From Octopus sinensis (taxonomy: Eukaryota), in NCBI RefSeq assembly GCF_006345805.1, contig NC_043010.1, positions 62,372,001-62,436,000 on the forward strand: DNA of 64,000 nucleotides, given 5' to 3'. The notes beneath the pieces were generated by a model. The model was not told where the DNA came from. It saw only the letters and a program-made list of their open reading frames with translations, and did not search any database. Both the position numbers and the translations under genes were made by a program. Numbering within the stretch: position 1 is the stretch's first letter; each line of letters begins with the position of its first letter. This document shows positions 51,128 through 63,433 of this stretch, piece by piece.

Positions 51128-51295
51128 GAGGCGGCGAGCTGGTAGAAACATTAGCACGCCGGGCGAAATGCTTAGCTGTGTCTCGTCTGCCATTACGTTC
51201 TGAGTTCAAATTCCGCCGAGGTCGACTTTGCCTTTTATCCTTTCGGGGTCGATAAATTAAGTACCAGTTACGCACTGGGTTCGATATAATAAAGT
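51128..51295 (+). mobile_element. SINE family B, 3'-truncated
   Basis: GAGGCGGCGAGCTGGTAGAA head, B box GAGTTCAAATTCC, and central domain. Confidence 0.85.
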
Positions 51296-52678
51296 TTATG
51301 GTTTTTCAGCGTTATTCATAAATAACGAATAAGTACCCGGTCTAAATAATTCTTAGTATTTAAAATCTTATTGGAGAGAAAAGGATGTGGATTGCACACA
51401 AGGAAAATTAGGCTGTAAAGGTTTTTCTTACACCCGCTTATATCTATAATCTGAGGGTTTGGGCATTCTTAAAGAATAGAGTCAGAAATTAGTGCCCCAC
51501 CCCCGTCACACATCCGACCACCACAAACCCGTAATTTCTTTGGATGTTAAAAAAAATGTTGGGGGATTTTTTGCGCTTGTCTTTTAAAACAAATTATTTA
51601 TTCAAAATTGTAATCTACGATGTTTAAAACCTTCTCATTCGAAGGAATTCTAGTTTTTGAAGCTCTAGAAAATTTCCGAAAGGACGAAAGGCAAAGTCGA
51701 CTTCAGTGAAGTTTGAACTCAAAATTTAGTCAGAATGATATAACCGATGTCAGCAAATGTTTAGGGTTGTTCAATACCATTAACCATTAACCACGAAAGA
51801 ATGGAAAATTTAAAAAAAAAATCAACTTCGGCGGGATTTGAACTCGGAATCTAAACAGTCAGAATAAATAGATAACAGAGCTTTCTTTATTGTATAAAAT
51901 ATAAGAGACTGGATTTCAAAGTGCTGGTGGGGACCGCGTAGCAAGTCAAATGTATTCCCACCTAGAATTTATTGTTCATATGACTAATGGCTTTAATACC
52001 ATTCCCAACCATTTGAATCGTTTTTTTTTTACTCCTTTCTTTAATAATGATTGATGGTGATTGTTTTTTTTCATCCATTCTTTTCATCTACCATTCTGCT
52101 TTTTTTTTTTCTGTTTCCCCCTTTCTTAGTTTTTATTCCGTTCAACACCATTCCTGACTTAACGATTTCACTGTAGGTAGCTTTAGCTGTGAACCATACA
52201 ATAAACCCGGCTGACTTCTCTCTGTGTGTCATAGATATTATATTATTACAAGTTATTATGACGGTACTGTATTAATTTTACGATGGCCACTTTAGTTATT
52301 AGATCCACCAGGTATTTTGTCATGTTCTTTCTCAGTCTTCTGACAGCTCAATCTCGCTATTAATTCCAGTTCCTTTTGTCGCCAACATTGTAATTCTGTT
52401 GGCTTCGTTGCAACGTTGCCAAGAATATCGCCAGTTTTTATGTCATACTGTCATCCCAGACGTTAACAACGGATGGCAGGCAGTCTCGCTAGAAATAGCA
52501 GCCAAATATCCTTTATATCACACCTTTATTGACTTTGACTTTAAAAGGAAGTAAACGCTGGTTTTGTAGTCGGGCGTATTCGTGATAAAATAAAAGAATA
52601 CACTGGAGTGGTCGCGACTGGATTGCCATTTGATTATAGAGTCTGCTCAACAATTGTCATCCCAGACATCTGTTGTAT

Positions 52679-52996
52679 CGGTGGTTGACCTGGGTTCATA
52701 TGGCCCCTGGGGGACCATGTAAAATTTTGAGGGGGTCCACACAAGCAAAGTAGTAAAACTGGGGACTCGCAGTATATTAAGGGTTCAGGAAAAAATTTTG
52801 GAAAAAAACAGCTAGGTAACATTTAACATAATTCGACCTACACAAGTGAATGGGGGAAAAGCGAAATGGGAATTTTGAAAAAACTATCTATAAAACTAGT
52901 TTTTAAACCTCGAATGGCTCTGGGGGGTCCACCAGAATAAAATAGTAACCAAAGGGGTCCATAGATTTTTTTAAAAAAAGTGGTTGTGAATCCCTG
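52679..52996. mobile_element. hAT-type MITE, diverged
   Basis: Internal GGGGTCCA motifs and ends similar to 53040-53346 and 59002-59296. Confidence 0.55.
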
Positions 52997-53039
52997 AGCT
53001 ATGTCATCAACAATAATATTAACGAAGGAGCCTCTACAT

Positions 53040-53346
53040 CAGTGGTTCTTAACAGGAGACCCCTGAGGGTTCATATAAGATTTTGGGGGGTCCATGCAGC
53101 GAAATAGTAAATTGGGGATCTACAATAGTATTTTAAGGGCCCCTGAAAAGCTTTGCTTTAGATGTATGTATTGCCAGAAACAGTGAGGTTTCTATCTCTA
53201 ACAGTCCAGCCTACGCAAGTTAATGGGTGCAAAACAAAATAGGGATTTCGAAAGTTTCTGTAAACATCGAATGGCTATGTGGGTCCACCTCACTAGAATA
53301 ATAATCAAAGGGGTCTATAAATAAAAAAAATAGTTGAGAAACTCTG
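53040..53346. mobile_element. hAT (Charlie-like) MITE
   Basis: CAGTGGTTCTTAAC … GTTGAGAAACTCTG. TSD CTCTACAT / CTCTACCT matches at 7/8. Confidence 0.75.
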
Positions 53347-53721
53347 CTCTACCTGGTCGGTCATCCTGCGAGATATAGTAACCAAATTTTCCTCAAACCA
53401 CATCCTACTGCATTAATGAAAATAAAACCTTAAAAATGTAATAGCTTTGATAGACCTTAAAAGACGAGATGGTCACCATTGGAATATCTCTGATCGTAGG
53501 CCTCCTCAGTAGTGTTGGGCTAGCACTAAATAGTACCAGGTCTCCAATAGCAACAGTATATATCATTAAAATGTTCTGCATGGAAGTTAGCATAATTGGA
53601 GTCCATGTCACCCCAGGGAGTCCACATTCAAAATTAATAAATTTGGATCCACATTAGTATATTAAAGGCCGATGAAAAAATTTTGCTTAAAGTACTTATC
53701 ACAAAAAACAATCTAATTTAA

Positions 53722-54448
53722 CCCTTTCGTTACTGTTTTTATTTTGAGATGCTCTGTGTTTCTTTCAATTAATTTTAAATATAACAAAGAGTTTAGTAAA
53801 ATAACTTGGTTACCATTAAGCTAGTGTTAGGAACATAAATTGTGACTAAGGTTTGGTGGAAGATTTTAATTCAAAACTTATGAAAACAAGACATTTGTAC
53901 TCAAAGCCAGAGCTGGTTTCAGCCAGGCTGGTATCAAAAGGGTTAAGAATTGTTTCTCTATTATATATTTTAACCCTTTTGTTACCATATTTCTGTTGTG
54001 ATGTTCTGTGTTTCTTTCAATTAATTTTAAATATAACAAAGAGTTTAGTAAAATAACTTAGTTATCATTCAACTAGTGTTAGGAACATAAATTGTGACTA
54101 AGGTTTGGTGGAAGATTGTAATTCAAAACTTATGAAAACAAGACATTTATATTATAGAGCCAGAGGCAGTTTCAGCCAAGTTGGTATCAAAAGGGTTAAG
54201 AATTGTTTCTCTATTATATATTTTAACCCTTTTGTTACCATATTTCTGTTGAGATGCCGTGGGTTTCTTTCAATTAATTTTAAACACATCACAGAGTTTA
54301 GTAAAATAATTTAGTTATCATTAAGCTAGTGTTAGGAACATAAATTGTGACTAAGGTTTGGTGGAAGATTGCAATTCAGAACTTATGAAAACAAGACATT
54401 TGCACTACAGAGCCAGAGCTGGTTTCAGTCTGGTTAGTAACAAGAGGG
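53722..54448. mobile_element. Three tandem piggyBac-type MITEs (about 220-230 bp each) separated by an identical 23-bp spacer
   Basis: Each is TTAA|CCCTTT…GGG|TTAA (53722-53942, 53974-54195, 54227-54448). The spacer GAATTGTTTCTCTATTATATATT occurs twice. Confidence 0.85.
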
Positions 54449-55471
54449 TTAACATGTTTCTGGCTGCTGAAATATTTCTTCTTGAATGACTATGAGGATC
54501 CCTCAGAATAAGAAAATAAACAAAGGGGTCCATAGGTAAAAACAAAGCAAAAAAAAATGGTTGAGAACCATTGTCCTATAGCACTGACAATAAAGTATAA
54601 GCCTTACCTGGCCTTGTGTGCTCAACTCTTGATTAAGTAGTAGGGGTACTGTCATGACTTGGGTATTTAAACTTGGTAGAGTCCACTCAGCTGCCTTCAT
54701 GTCTCACCTCACCGATTTCTCCAGAGAGAAAGAAACAATTGATATCCAGTGCTGGGCTGGTCCTTCCTTTGTGGATGTATTCCCCCCCCCCGCCGTCGCC
54801 ACCACCACTAAAAGGGATTAAAAGCAGAATGAACCTTGATGGGATTTGAAATCAGAATGCCAAGGATTGGAACACAAGTTGTCAAGCATTTTAACGAGCT
54901 TGCTAATGAAATGGTGGGAAATAAGCTGGGTGATTATCTTTTTACTTGCTTCAGTCATTGGACTGTGGCCATACTGGGGCACCGTTTTTGAGGGGTTTAG
55001 TCAAACAAGTTACCTGCAGAACCCACTTTGTAAGTCTGATACGCAATTTTATTGATCTCTCGTACTGAACCATTGCGATACAGGGATGTAAACAAACCCA
55101 CACTGGTTGTCAAGTGGGATGGAAACGAACACCACACCAGGAAATATTACATTGGTTGGAAATAGGATTTGGTGACCAGAAGGGCCTCAGGCTGTAGAAA
55201 ACCTTAACAAATTCCATCTGAGCCATGCAAGCAAGGAAATATGGACATTAAATGATGATGATGAGGGGAATATCTATAATGAAAGTAATTAAATACTGTG
55301 TGTTTAATTACAAAATTTACTCCATTACACAATTAAATTATATCTTTTATTTAAGACTGGTTTGTTTTGTGGCTAGAATTCCAATCACTATTAAATTTCC
55401 GAGGAAGTTGTAATTGGGAAAACAAATATTGGACAGTCATCCCAAAGCTTATTGAATATACTAGGATGTTA

Positions 55472-55817
55472 TTACATCTGCCTTAGCAAAGGTGGAGGTG
55501 TTGTTTTCAGTCGCATTTGTTTGTTTTTTCAAGAACCACTGGATGAATTCGAATGAAACTTTCAGAGATGTTTGGCCTCATGACTGGCATGAACTGATTA
55601 GATTTTGGGATTGATCCGGTACCAGACAAGGATTCTGGATTATTTTTCCAGTTTTTTTTACTTAACTTTTGAGAGCAGTCAGGTTCATTATTAGTATTCT
55701 CGTTTGTGAGAGCAATCGAGTTTATTTCAGATATTCTCATTTTAAAAATCATCTCTGGCTAATCATTGAGAGGATGTTGAGGTTGCCTTGGCAAAGATTT
55801 ACGCTCTCTGAATGCTC

Positions 55818-55820
<3 letters not shown>
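55472..55820 (+). mobile_element. DINE-1/HINE-like element (copy 2)
   Basis: Colinear with 43840-44203 and followed by (TTA)n. Confidence 0.65.
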
Positions 55821-55849
<29 letters not shown>

Positions 55850-55850
55850 A

Positions 55851-56978
55851 TGGGCGTGCTGGCAGAATCGTTAGCATGCCAGGCGAAATGCTTAGCGGTA
55901 TTTCGTCTGTCATTATGTTCTGGATTCAAATTCCACCGAGGTCAACTTTGCCTTTCATCCTTTTAGGTTAATAAGTACCAGTTACACACTGGGGTCGATT
56001 TAATCAACTTAATCCCCTGTCACAAGCTGCCCTTGTGGCAAAAATTTGAAACCATTATTATTAAGGAGGTGAGCTGGCAGAATCGTTAGCATGCTGGACA
56101 AAATACTTAACAGTATTTTGCTCCCGTCACTATGTTCTGAGTTCAAATTCTGCCCAGGTCAACTTTGCCTTTCATCCTTTCGGGGTCAATAAATTAAGTA
56201 CCAGTGAAACACTGGGGGTTGATGTAATCGATTAGTCCCCTCCCCCAAAGTTTCAGCAGAAAGGATCATTATTGTTGTTGTTGTTATTGTTATGTTAGAG
56301 CAGCAAACTAACAGAACCATTATCACATCAGATAAAATCCTTTGTGGCATTCCTTCCAGCTCCAGGCTCCGTTCAGCTTTGCCTTTCACCCTTTCAGGGT
56401 CAATAAGTATTTGCTAGGTATTGGGGTCAATGTAAATATTAGCCACCTGCCCCCCTGCAAATTGCAGGCCTTGTGCCTATAATACAATTTTATTTTGGCC
56501 TTGTACCAAGCTTACAAACCACCACTACTACTACTACTATAGTTCTTTCAGTGACACCCATCCAAGTAAATGTGTCACTTATTCTTTTCTACTCGAGGCA
56601 CAAGGCCTGAAATTTTTTGGGGGGCTGCAGTTGATTAGATCTACCCCAGTATACAACTGGTACTTAATTTATCGACCCCCAAAAGGATGAAAGCCAAAGT
56701 CGACCTCGGCGGAATTTGAACTCAGAACGTAATGACAGATGAAATACCTATTTCTTTACTACCCACAAGGGGCTAAACACAGAGGGGACAAACAAGGACA
56801 AACGGATTAAGTCAATTACATCAACCCCAGTGCATAACTGGTACTTATTTAATCGACCCCGAAAGGATAAAAGGCAAAGTGGACCTCGGCGGAATTTGAA
56901 CTCAGAACGTAATGGCAGACAAAATACCGCTAAGCATTTCGCCCGGTGTGCTAATGATTCAGCCAACTTGCCGCCTTA
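55851..56978. mobile_element. Cluster of about 5 SINE family B copies (three +, two -)
   Basis: Heads at about 55851 and 56063 (+), a degenerate copy at about 56310, and minus copies at about 56582-56748 and 56749-56978. Confidence 0.8.
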
Positions 56979-58752
56979 TAATTGTGGCACTAATTAACCA
57001 CAGACAGGTTGACCCAAGTCACACTACACGAAATGAAGCAAGTGTTCACTTTGATCTTTTATCTAATTCATCCTCTCCATCCATTTTTTTTTTCTCCCCA
57101 CCATGTGCTGTCCCCTCTCTGTTAGGCCCTGTGTGACCAATAAAAGAAAGTGTTCAGTTCGATCTCTCTCATGTATTACTGATTGCTCTTCCATTAAATT
57201 GGCTGAAAAATTACCAAGTTTGTTTCTTCCTAGAATCTTTTAGCATTTACTAGTTTCAGTCATTAGACTGTGGCCATGCTGGGGCACCACCTTGAAGAAT
57301 TTTAGCTGTGTGAATCAACCCCACTATTTTTTTTTTAAGCCAAGTACTTATTGTTTCACTCACTTTTGAGGAATTGCTAAGTTATAGTGGACATAAACAC
57401 ACCAACACCAGTTGCCAAGCAGTGATGGGGAGAAATATATACATACACACACACACACACCTTCTATAGCCTCAGGTTGACCAAAGCCTTGTGAGTGGAT
57501 TTGGTAAATGGAAACTGAAAGAAGCCCATTGTGTGTAAGACTCCTCAAACCAAGTGAAATCCTAGTTCTGAAAAGTACTGGTGACATGTAAAAGGCAACC
57601 ACTAAACTCTTGGAGTGGTTGGTGTTAGGAAGGCATCCAACCAAAGAAGCCAAACTGGAATCTGGCACAGCATGGAAAGCAGACACTAATTGATGATGTA
57701 TACTACAGGCTTCTTTCAGTTTCCATCTACCAAATCCACTCACTAGGCTTTGGTTGGTCCGAGTCTATAGCAGAAGCCACTTTCCCAAGATGCCACACAG
57801 TGGGACTGACCTTGAAATTCTGTGGTTGGAAAGCAAGCTGCTTGCCACCCAGCCATACCTCTGCCTATGTGGAAGAATTTAAAAGATAGCATCTTATTAG
57901 GTTTTCTTGTAAATAGTTTCTTTTCTCTTTGTATAGCCTGTATTTCTGTTTACTTTTCAAGTTAAAATGGTTTGTTGGTTGTTTTTTTGTTTTTTTTTAA
58001 GTATATATTGACTTGGCTCTTTTCTTTTTTTCCCCCCTGCTTCTGACAATATGTCTGAAAATACCTTTAGAGATTTAAAAAGCGAGTATTTACATTACAA
58101 ATAACAGCCAAGTAAACTGGGTTAAACCAAACCACTGGCACAGTCTATTTTTCTCGCTACAAAGAACCAATTCAAACGTTGCAATTGTCAAATAGAAATT
58201 TCTACTTAAGACACTGTTGCCTGTTCAGATCTGTTGAGTTTGATCACAGCCGGAAACCAGAAAAGCAGCTTTAGAAGCCGACTGTCAAAATAGACTGATT
58301 TATTTATCTTTCATTTGATTCATAAAACCACCGTTGCCACATTGTCCAACGGTTTGCTCTTCTGAAATTAATGGTTGTTCTTTGAAGTTTGTCTTTACCT
58401 CCCAACTTTGTCAATTTTTTAGTTGGCTGGTAAGAGATTTAGGGGCTGCAATAAAGGCATTAAAATGTCTGGTATTTTGTGAAAAGATTAAGGAAATTTG
58501 TTCTGAGTTTGCATTAATAGGGAAAACCATCAGAAATCGTAGGCTGCCCATCATTTCTGGTGGTAGCTGGACCTCATCTTTTCCCCTTTGTATTAAAAAG
58601 TTTAGTTTTTGTTTAGTTTACGTTTAAGGATCTTCAGTTCCAGGGTTCCTTTCCATGCCTGGAGTTTGTTCTCCAAACTTTCTGTAGTGATCTGGGATTT
58701 CATTCTGGACAGGAATCTTTAGCAGTCTGAGGAACAGCAGCCATTATTATTA

Positions 58753-58861
<109 letters not shown>

Positions 58862-59001
58862 ACACGTATCTGTAATGGTTGTTATTTTGAATTTGTGAAG
58901 ATGTCCTGATTTAATTTTCTTTGTTGCTGAAATAGTTTTTAGATTAACCAAAATATAAACAACCATTGCCTCACAACTGGTTACAAGTTGTTAGTTTGGG
59001 G

Positions 59002-59296
59002 CAGTGGTTCTCAACCTGGGCCCAAACTATAAGATTTTCTGGGGTTCACACAAGCAAAATAGTAAACTAGGTCCACAATAGTATTTTCTGGGTCCATGAA
59101 ATAGTTTTGTTTTTGATGAATTTAATGCAAGGGGCTGCAAAATTTCTTTCTCAGTTCAACCTCCACAAGTGAATGCAGGAAAAACAAAATAAGAATATTG
59201 AAAGACGGGTCCATGAAATAGGTTGGGGGGAGGGTCCATCAGAGTAGGATAGAAATGAAAGCGGTCCATAAATTATAAAATGGTTAGGGATCACTG
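59002..59296. mobile_element. hAT (Charlie-like) MITE
   Basis: CAGTGGTTCTCAACC … GGTTAGGGATCACTG. TSD GTTTGGGG / GTTTGGGT matches at 7/8. Confidence 0.78.
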
Positions 59297-59844
59297 GTTT
59301 GGGTTTGGTTTTTAACCGACATGTCTTGCAAACAACTTGCACATGCAAGTGCTACCAGTTAAAAGCTCCGTATACCGGAAGCTAGCAAGTCTATGGGTCA
59401 TCAGGAGAGAATGCACGCCGTTTCGGGGCCTACCTCTCAACGGCATCAATGCGCACTGGCCCCGCATGCTAGATCAGCTGGTTATGAAGAACTCAATATA
59501 CTTCTAGCCATCGCTCATCGTCTTTTTTTAACCAAATCCAGAGGTTCAACATTTTGCAGACCTTTGCTTAATCTCTGTCATCAATCTCTAATGGTAATTG
59601 TTATAAATGTTGGCCGGTCGAGTGATTCCTCAAGTTATGCTCTTTACTCTGCATAGGAAGAGAGACAGGAAGAGAGAGTAAAAGAGAGAGAGAGAGAGTT
59701 AAGAGCTGTAAAGGACTCCTTTAATTTTCTCTAAAATAAGCATTTTTAATGAAATTGTTCAGAGGTAAGTTTTCAATGGAATAAATTTGGGATTAGGTTT
59801 TAAAAATTAGAAAAATCTTAATATCTATTAGGAATATACAAAAG

Positions 59845-60176
59845 GCATAGGAGTGGCTGTGTGGTAAGTAGATTGTTTACCAACCACATGGTTCCGGGTT
59901 CAGTTCCACTGCGTGGCACCTTGGGCAAGTGTCTTCTACTATAGCCAACCAATATATAGATGTGTGTGTGTGTGTGTATGTTTGTGTTTGTCCCCCCAAC
60001 ATCGCTTGACAACCGATGGTGGTATGTTTACATCCCTGTAACTTAGCAGTTCAGCAAAAGAGACTGATAGAATAAGTACTAGGCTTACAAAGAATAAGAC
60101 CTGGGGTCGATTTGCTCGACTAAAGTCGGTGCTCCAGCATGGCCACATTAAAATGACTGAAACAAATAAGAGTAAA
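59845..60176 (+). mobile_element. SINE family A (internal deletion) in the presumed intron upstream of the zinc-finger exon
   Basis: Head GGAGTGGCTGTGTGGTAAG through tail GAAACAAATAAGAGTAAA. Confidence 0.88.
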
Positions 60177-60531
60177 TGAAAAATTTGTTTTATTTAATTT
60201 TATTTTAAAGTAATATTTTTTTCTTTTGGAAAAAAATTGATATTCCTTCCATTATTTTGTATAAACACCAAGAAATTTTTATTAATGTTAAAATCTGATT
60301 ATTGCGTGTTTACCATATTTCTTGATGCTCCCCAGGAAGGCCAAAGCATACTTCCAAAGTTACCCGTCATGTGATGGTTAATCCTGAACCAATAATCAAT
60401 TATTTGAATTGCAAAAAATATTAATTCCTTTACCAATATTTTATGTTTCATACAAAATATGCCGTTTGCATTCCATAAACTCAAACGACCAGTCTAATTA
60501 AAAGAAAAATGTTTTGAACTAATTTTCAGAC

Positions 60532-61167
60532 ATGATTATGGATAATGTTGAACCAACCCGTGAAGATGAAAAAATCGTAACGATTTCTTCTGAATCAGCA
60601 TCAACCCCAGAACCAGAGAAAAGAATCCTCCAAAATCGATATAATTCTGGTGTTGTGCGCACAGCTCGTCTAAGTAAAAAGCTATTTCATTGTGATACCT
60701 GTGGGAAAGATTTCTCCAGGAAGGAATATCTCCAAATGCATCAGAGAAATCATTTGCCTGAAAATCCGTTTATGTGCAAAATCTGTGGCAGAGAATTCAA
60801 CAGGAATTTTCCTTTGCAGAAACATCAACAGACTCATGAAAACGCCAAGAAGCAGAGAGAGAAATATAAAGACAACAGATTTAAATGCGAAATCTGTGAT
60901 GAGAAATTCCCTGACCATTCCAGTTTGATGGGTCATTATTCCAGAAAACATTCAAATGGCAACGATGACGGTAAAGGAAAATGGGACTTGGTGCCAGATT
61001 TCCCCTGCCATATCTGTGGCAAGTCCTACAAGAAAGAGACTTCTCTTAAACGTCACGTCCCTATCCACAAAAAGAAGCCGTTTCATTGTGATTTGTGCAA
61101 GAGAAACTTTGTGTTAGACAAACAGCTGCAAGAACACAAAGCCAAACATAGAATTAACAAAGATTAA
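60532..61167 (+). CDS. C2H2 zinc-finger protein, 211 aa, five fingers, single coding exon
   Basis: Five C-x2-C-x12-H-x3/4-H motifs (aa 52-74, 80-102, 117-140, 157-179, 184-206) in an uninterrupted ORF. Splice acceptor TTTTCAG ends at 60529, just before the ATG. ATTAAA at 61208-61213. Confidence 0.92.
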   Translation: MIMDNVEPTREDEKIVTISSESASTPEPEKRILQNRYNSGVVRTARLSKKLFHCDTCGKDFSRKEYLQMHQRNHLPENPFMCKICGREFNRNFPLQKHQQTHENAKKQREKYKDNRFKCEICDEKFPDHSSLMGHYSRKHSNGNDDGKGKWDLVPDFPCHICGKSYKKETSLKRHVPIHKKKPFHCDLCKRNFVLDKQLQEHKAKHRINKD

Positions 61168-61921
61168 TTATAATAATCCAAGTTGTTGTTTACTGATCTC
61201 ACCATTGATTAAAGCAGATTTATGGCCAAATACATTGGACTTGTGTTTCTTTCTTTTCTCCTATAAGTGCAGGCATGTCCTTGCCTCTGTGTTTAGCCCC
61301 TTGTGGGCAGTAAAGAAATATACAAGTGCCAGCATGGCTGTGTGGTTAAGAAGTTGCTTCCCAGTTGTACGGTCTCCGGTTCAGTCCCATTGTGTGGCAC
61401 CTGGGCAAGTGTCTTCTATGTAGGCCTGGGCCAAATGAGAGCCTTGCAAGTTGGTGGAAACTGAAAGAAACCCATCGTGTGTGTTGTGTGGGGGGGTTCG
61501 TGTGATGGTTGCACATCAGCATCCCCATCATACAAACGATGTTGTTTCTAGTCTTCTTTGACTGATCTCTGTCATTATTGAACCATGGCCATGCTGGGGC
61601 ACTGTCTTCAAAGGTTTAGTTGAACAAATCGATTCCAAGACTTGTCTGGTACTTATTCTATAAGTCTCTTTTGCTGAACTGCTAAGTTATAGAGATGTAA
61701 CCATAATCGTCACTGGTTGTCGAGTGCTGTGAAGGGACACAACAGGCTTCCACAAAGTTTCCATTAATCAAATCCACTCACAAGGCTTTGGTCGGCCCAA
61801 GGCTATAGTAGAACACACTTGCCCAAGGTGCCATGCAGTGGGAATGAACCCAAGCCCAGCTGGTTGGAAAGCAACCCTCTTAACCACTCAGCCATAAAAT
61901 CTCCCTCTCTTTTTTATTTAT

Positions 61922-62135
61922 TTACTCTCTTTTTACTCTTTTACTTGTTTCAGTCATTTGACTGTGGCCATGCTGGTGCACCGCCTTTAGTTGAGCAAAA
62001 CAACCCCAGGATTTATTCTTTGTAAGCCTAGTACTTATTCTATCGGTCTCTTTTACTGAACCACTTAGTTACGGGGAAGTAAACACACCAACATCGGTTG
62101 TCAAGTGATGTTGGGGTACAAACACAGTCACACAA

Positions 62136-62186
<51 letters not shown>

Positions 62187-62350
62187 TATATACAACAGGC
62201 TTCTTTCAGTTTCCATTTACCAAATCCACTCACAAGGCTTTGGTTGGCCTGAGGCTATAGTAGAAGACACTTGCCCAAGGTGCCACACAGTGGGGCTGAA
62301 CCTGGAACCATGTGGTTGGTAAGCAAGCTACTTACCACACAGCCACTCCT
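61922..62350 (-). mobile_element. SINE family A, full length
   Basis: Same structure as 6987-7374. A further diverged copy lies at about 61570-61895. Confidence 0.9.
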
Positions 62351-62469
62351 ATGTCTATTTTATTTTTTAAAGGGATCTCTTCAGTTTATCCCACAGGATC
62401 TGATTTATTGCAGTTTTCTGCACCAATCAGGAAAATCTATGATCAAGAGTGTTCCCACCATGGCCATCC

Positions 62470-63433
62470 TGAGGACATGCATAAGCTTGCAAGGAATGAA
62501 GCCAGTATGCTCTGCTGGATGTGTAATGTCAGTGTGCATGCATGACAGAGTGTAAGCACCCTGAGAGAAAAGTTGGACTGAAGAAGCATCAGATGTGGTG
62601 TACAAGAGAGACGGCTGCGCTGGTATGGTCATGTGTTGCGAATGAATGAGGACAGCTGTGTGAAAAATTGTCACACCCTAGCAGTTGAGGGAACCTGTAG
62701 AAGATGTAGACCCAGGATGAGGTGGTGAAGCATGACTTTCAAACATTGGGCCTCACCAAGGCAATGACTAGTGACCAAGACCTTTGGAGATATGCTGTGC
62801 TTGAGAAGACCTGGAATGCCAAGTGAGACGATAACCATGGCCTATGCCAATGCTGTATAACCCATTTAAGAATACCCTTCAATCATTGGACAATAAACTA
62901 CGCTTGTGAAGACCTGTTGATGCAAATGAAATCGCTGTCGTGGCTGATGACAGTACCTATTTCTTTATTACCCACAAGGGGCTGAACATAGAGGGGACAA
63001 ACATGGACAGACATAGGTATTAAGTCGATTATATCGACCCCAGTGCTTAACTGGTACTTAATTTATCGATCCTGAAAGGATGAAAGGCAAAGTCAACCTC
63101 GGCTGATGACAGTACTGTCTGATTGGCACCTGTGCCAGTGGGACGTTAAAAGCACCATTTGAGCATGATTGTTGCCAGGGTCACTGACTGGCTCACGTAA
63201 AAAGCACCATTTGAGTGTGGCCGATGCCAGTACCCACTGACTGGCTCTCATGCTGGTGGCATGTAAAAGCACCCACTACACTCTCGGAGTGGTTGGTGTT
63301 AGGAAGGGTATCCATCTGTAGAAACTCTGCCTGATAAGATTGGAGCCTGGTGCAGCCTTCTGGCTTGTCAGCCCTCAAACTGTCCAACCCATGCCAGCAT
63401 GGAAAGTGGACGTTAAATGATGATGATGATGAT
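62470..63433 (+). mobile_element. 5'-truncated RTE-clade LINE (decayed ORF end, 3' UTR and (GAT)n tail)
   Basis: EDMHKLARNEASMLCWMCNVSVHA*QSVSTLREKLD*RSIRCGVQERRLRWYGHVLRMNEDSCVK… contains the RLRWYGHV.RM RTE motif. Tail GTTAAATGATGATGATGAT. Confidence 0.88.
62957..63100 (-). mobile_element. 5'-truncated SINE family B inserted in the RTE 3' UTR
   Basis: Perfect 15-bp TSD GGCTGATGACAGTAC at 62942-62956 and 63101-63115. Confidence 0.92.

Noticed and set aside
53718-54452. Repeat-spacer-repeat pattern resembling a CRISPR array
   Set aside because: Repeats are about 225-bp MITEs, spacers are identical, the context is eukaryotic, and there are no cas genes.
60682-60951. Overlapping ORFs 60682-60951 (-) and 60692-60928 (+)
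   Set aside because: Shadow frames of the zinc-finger exon.
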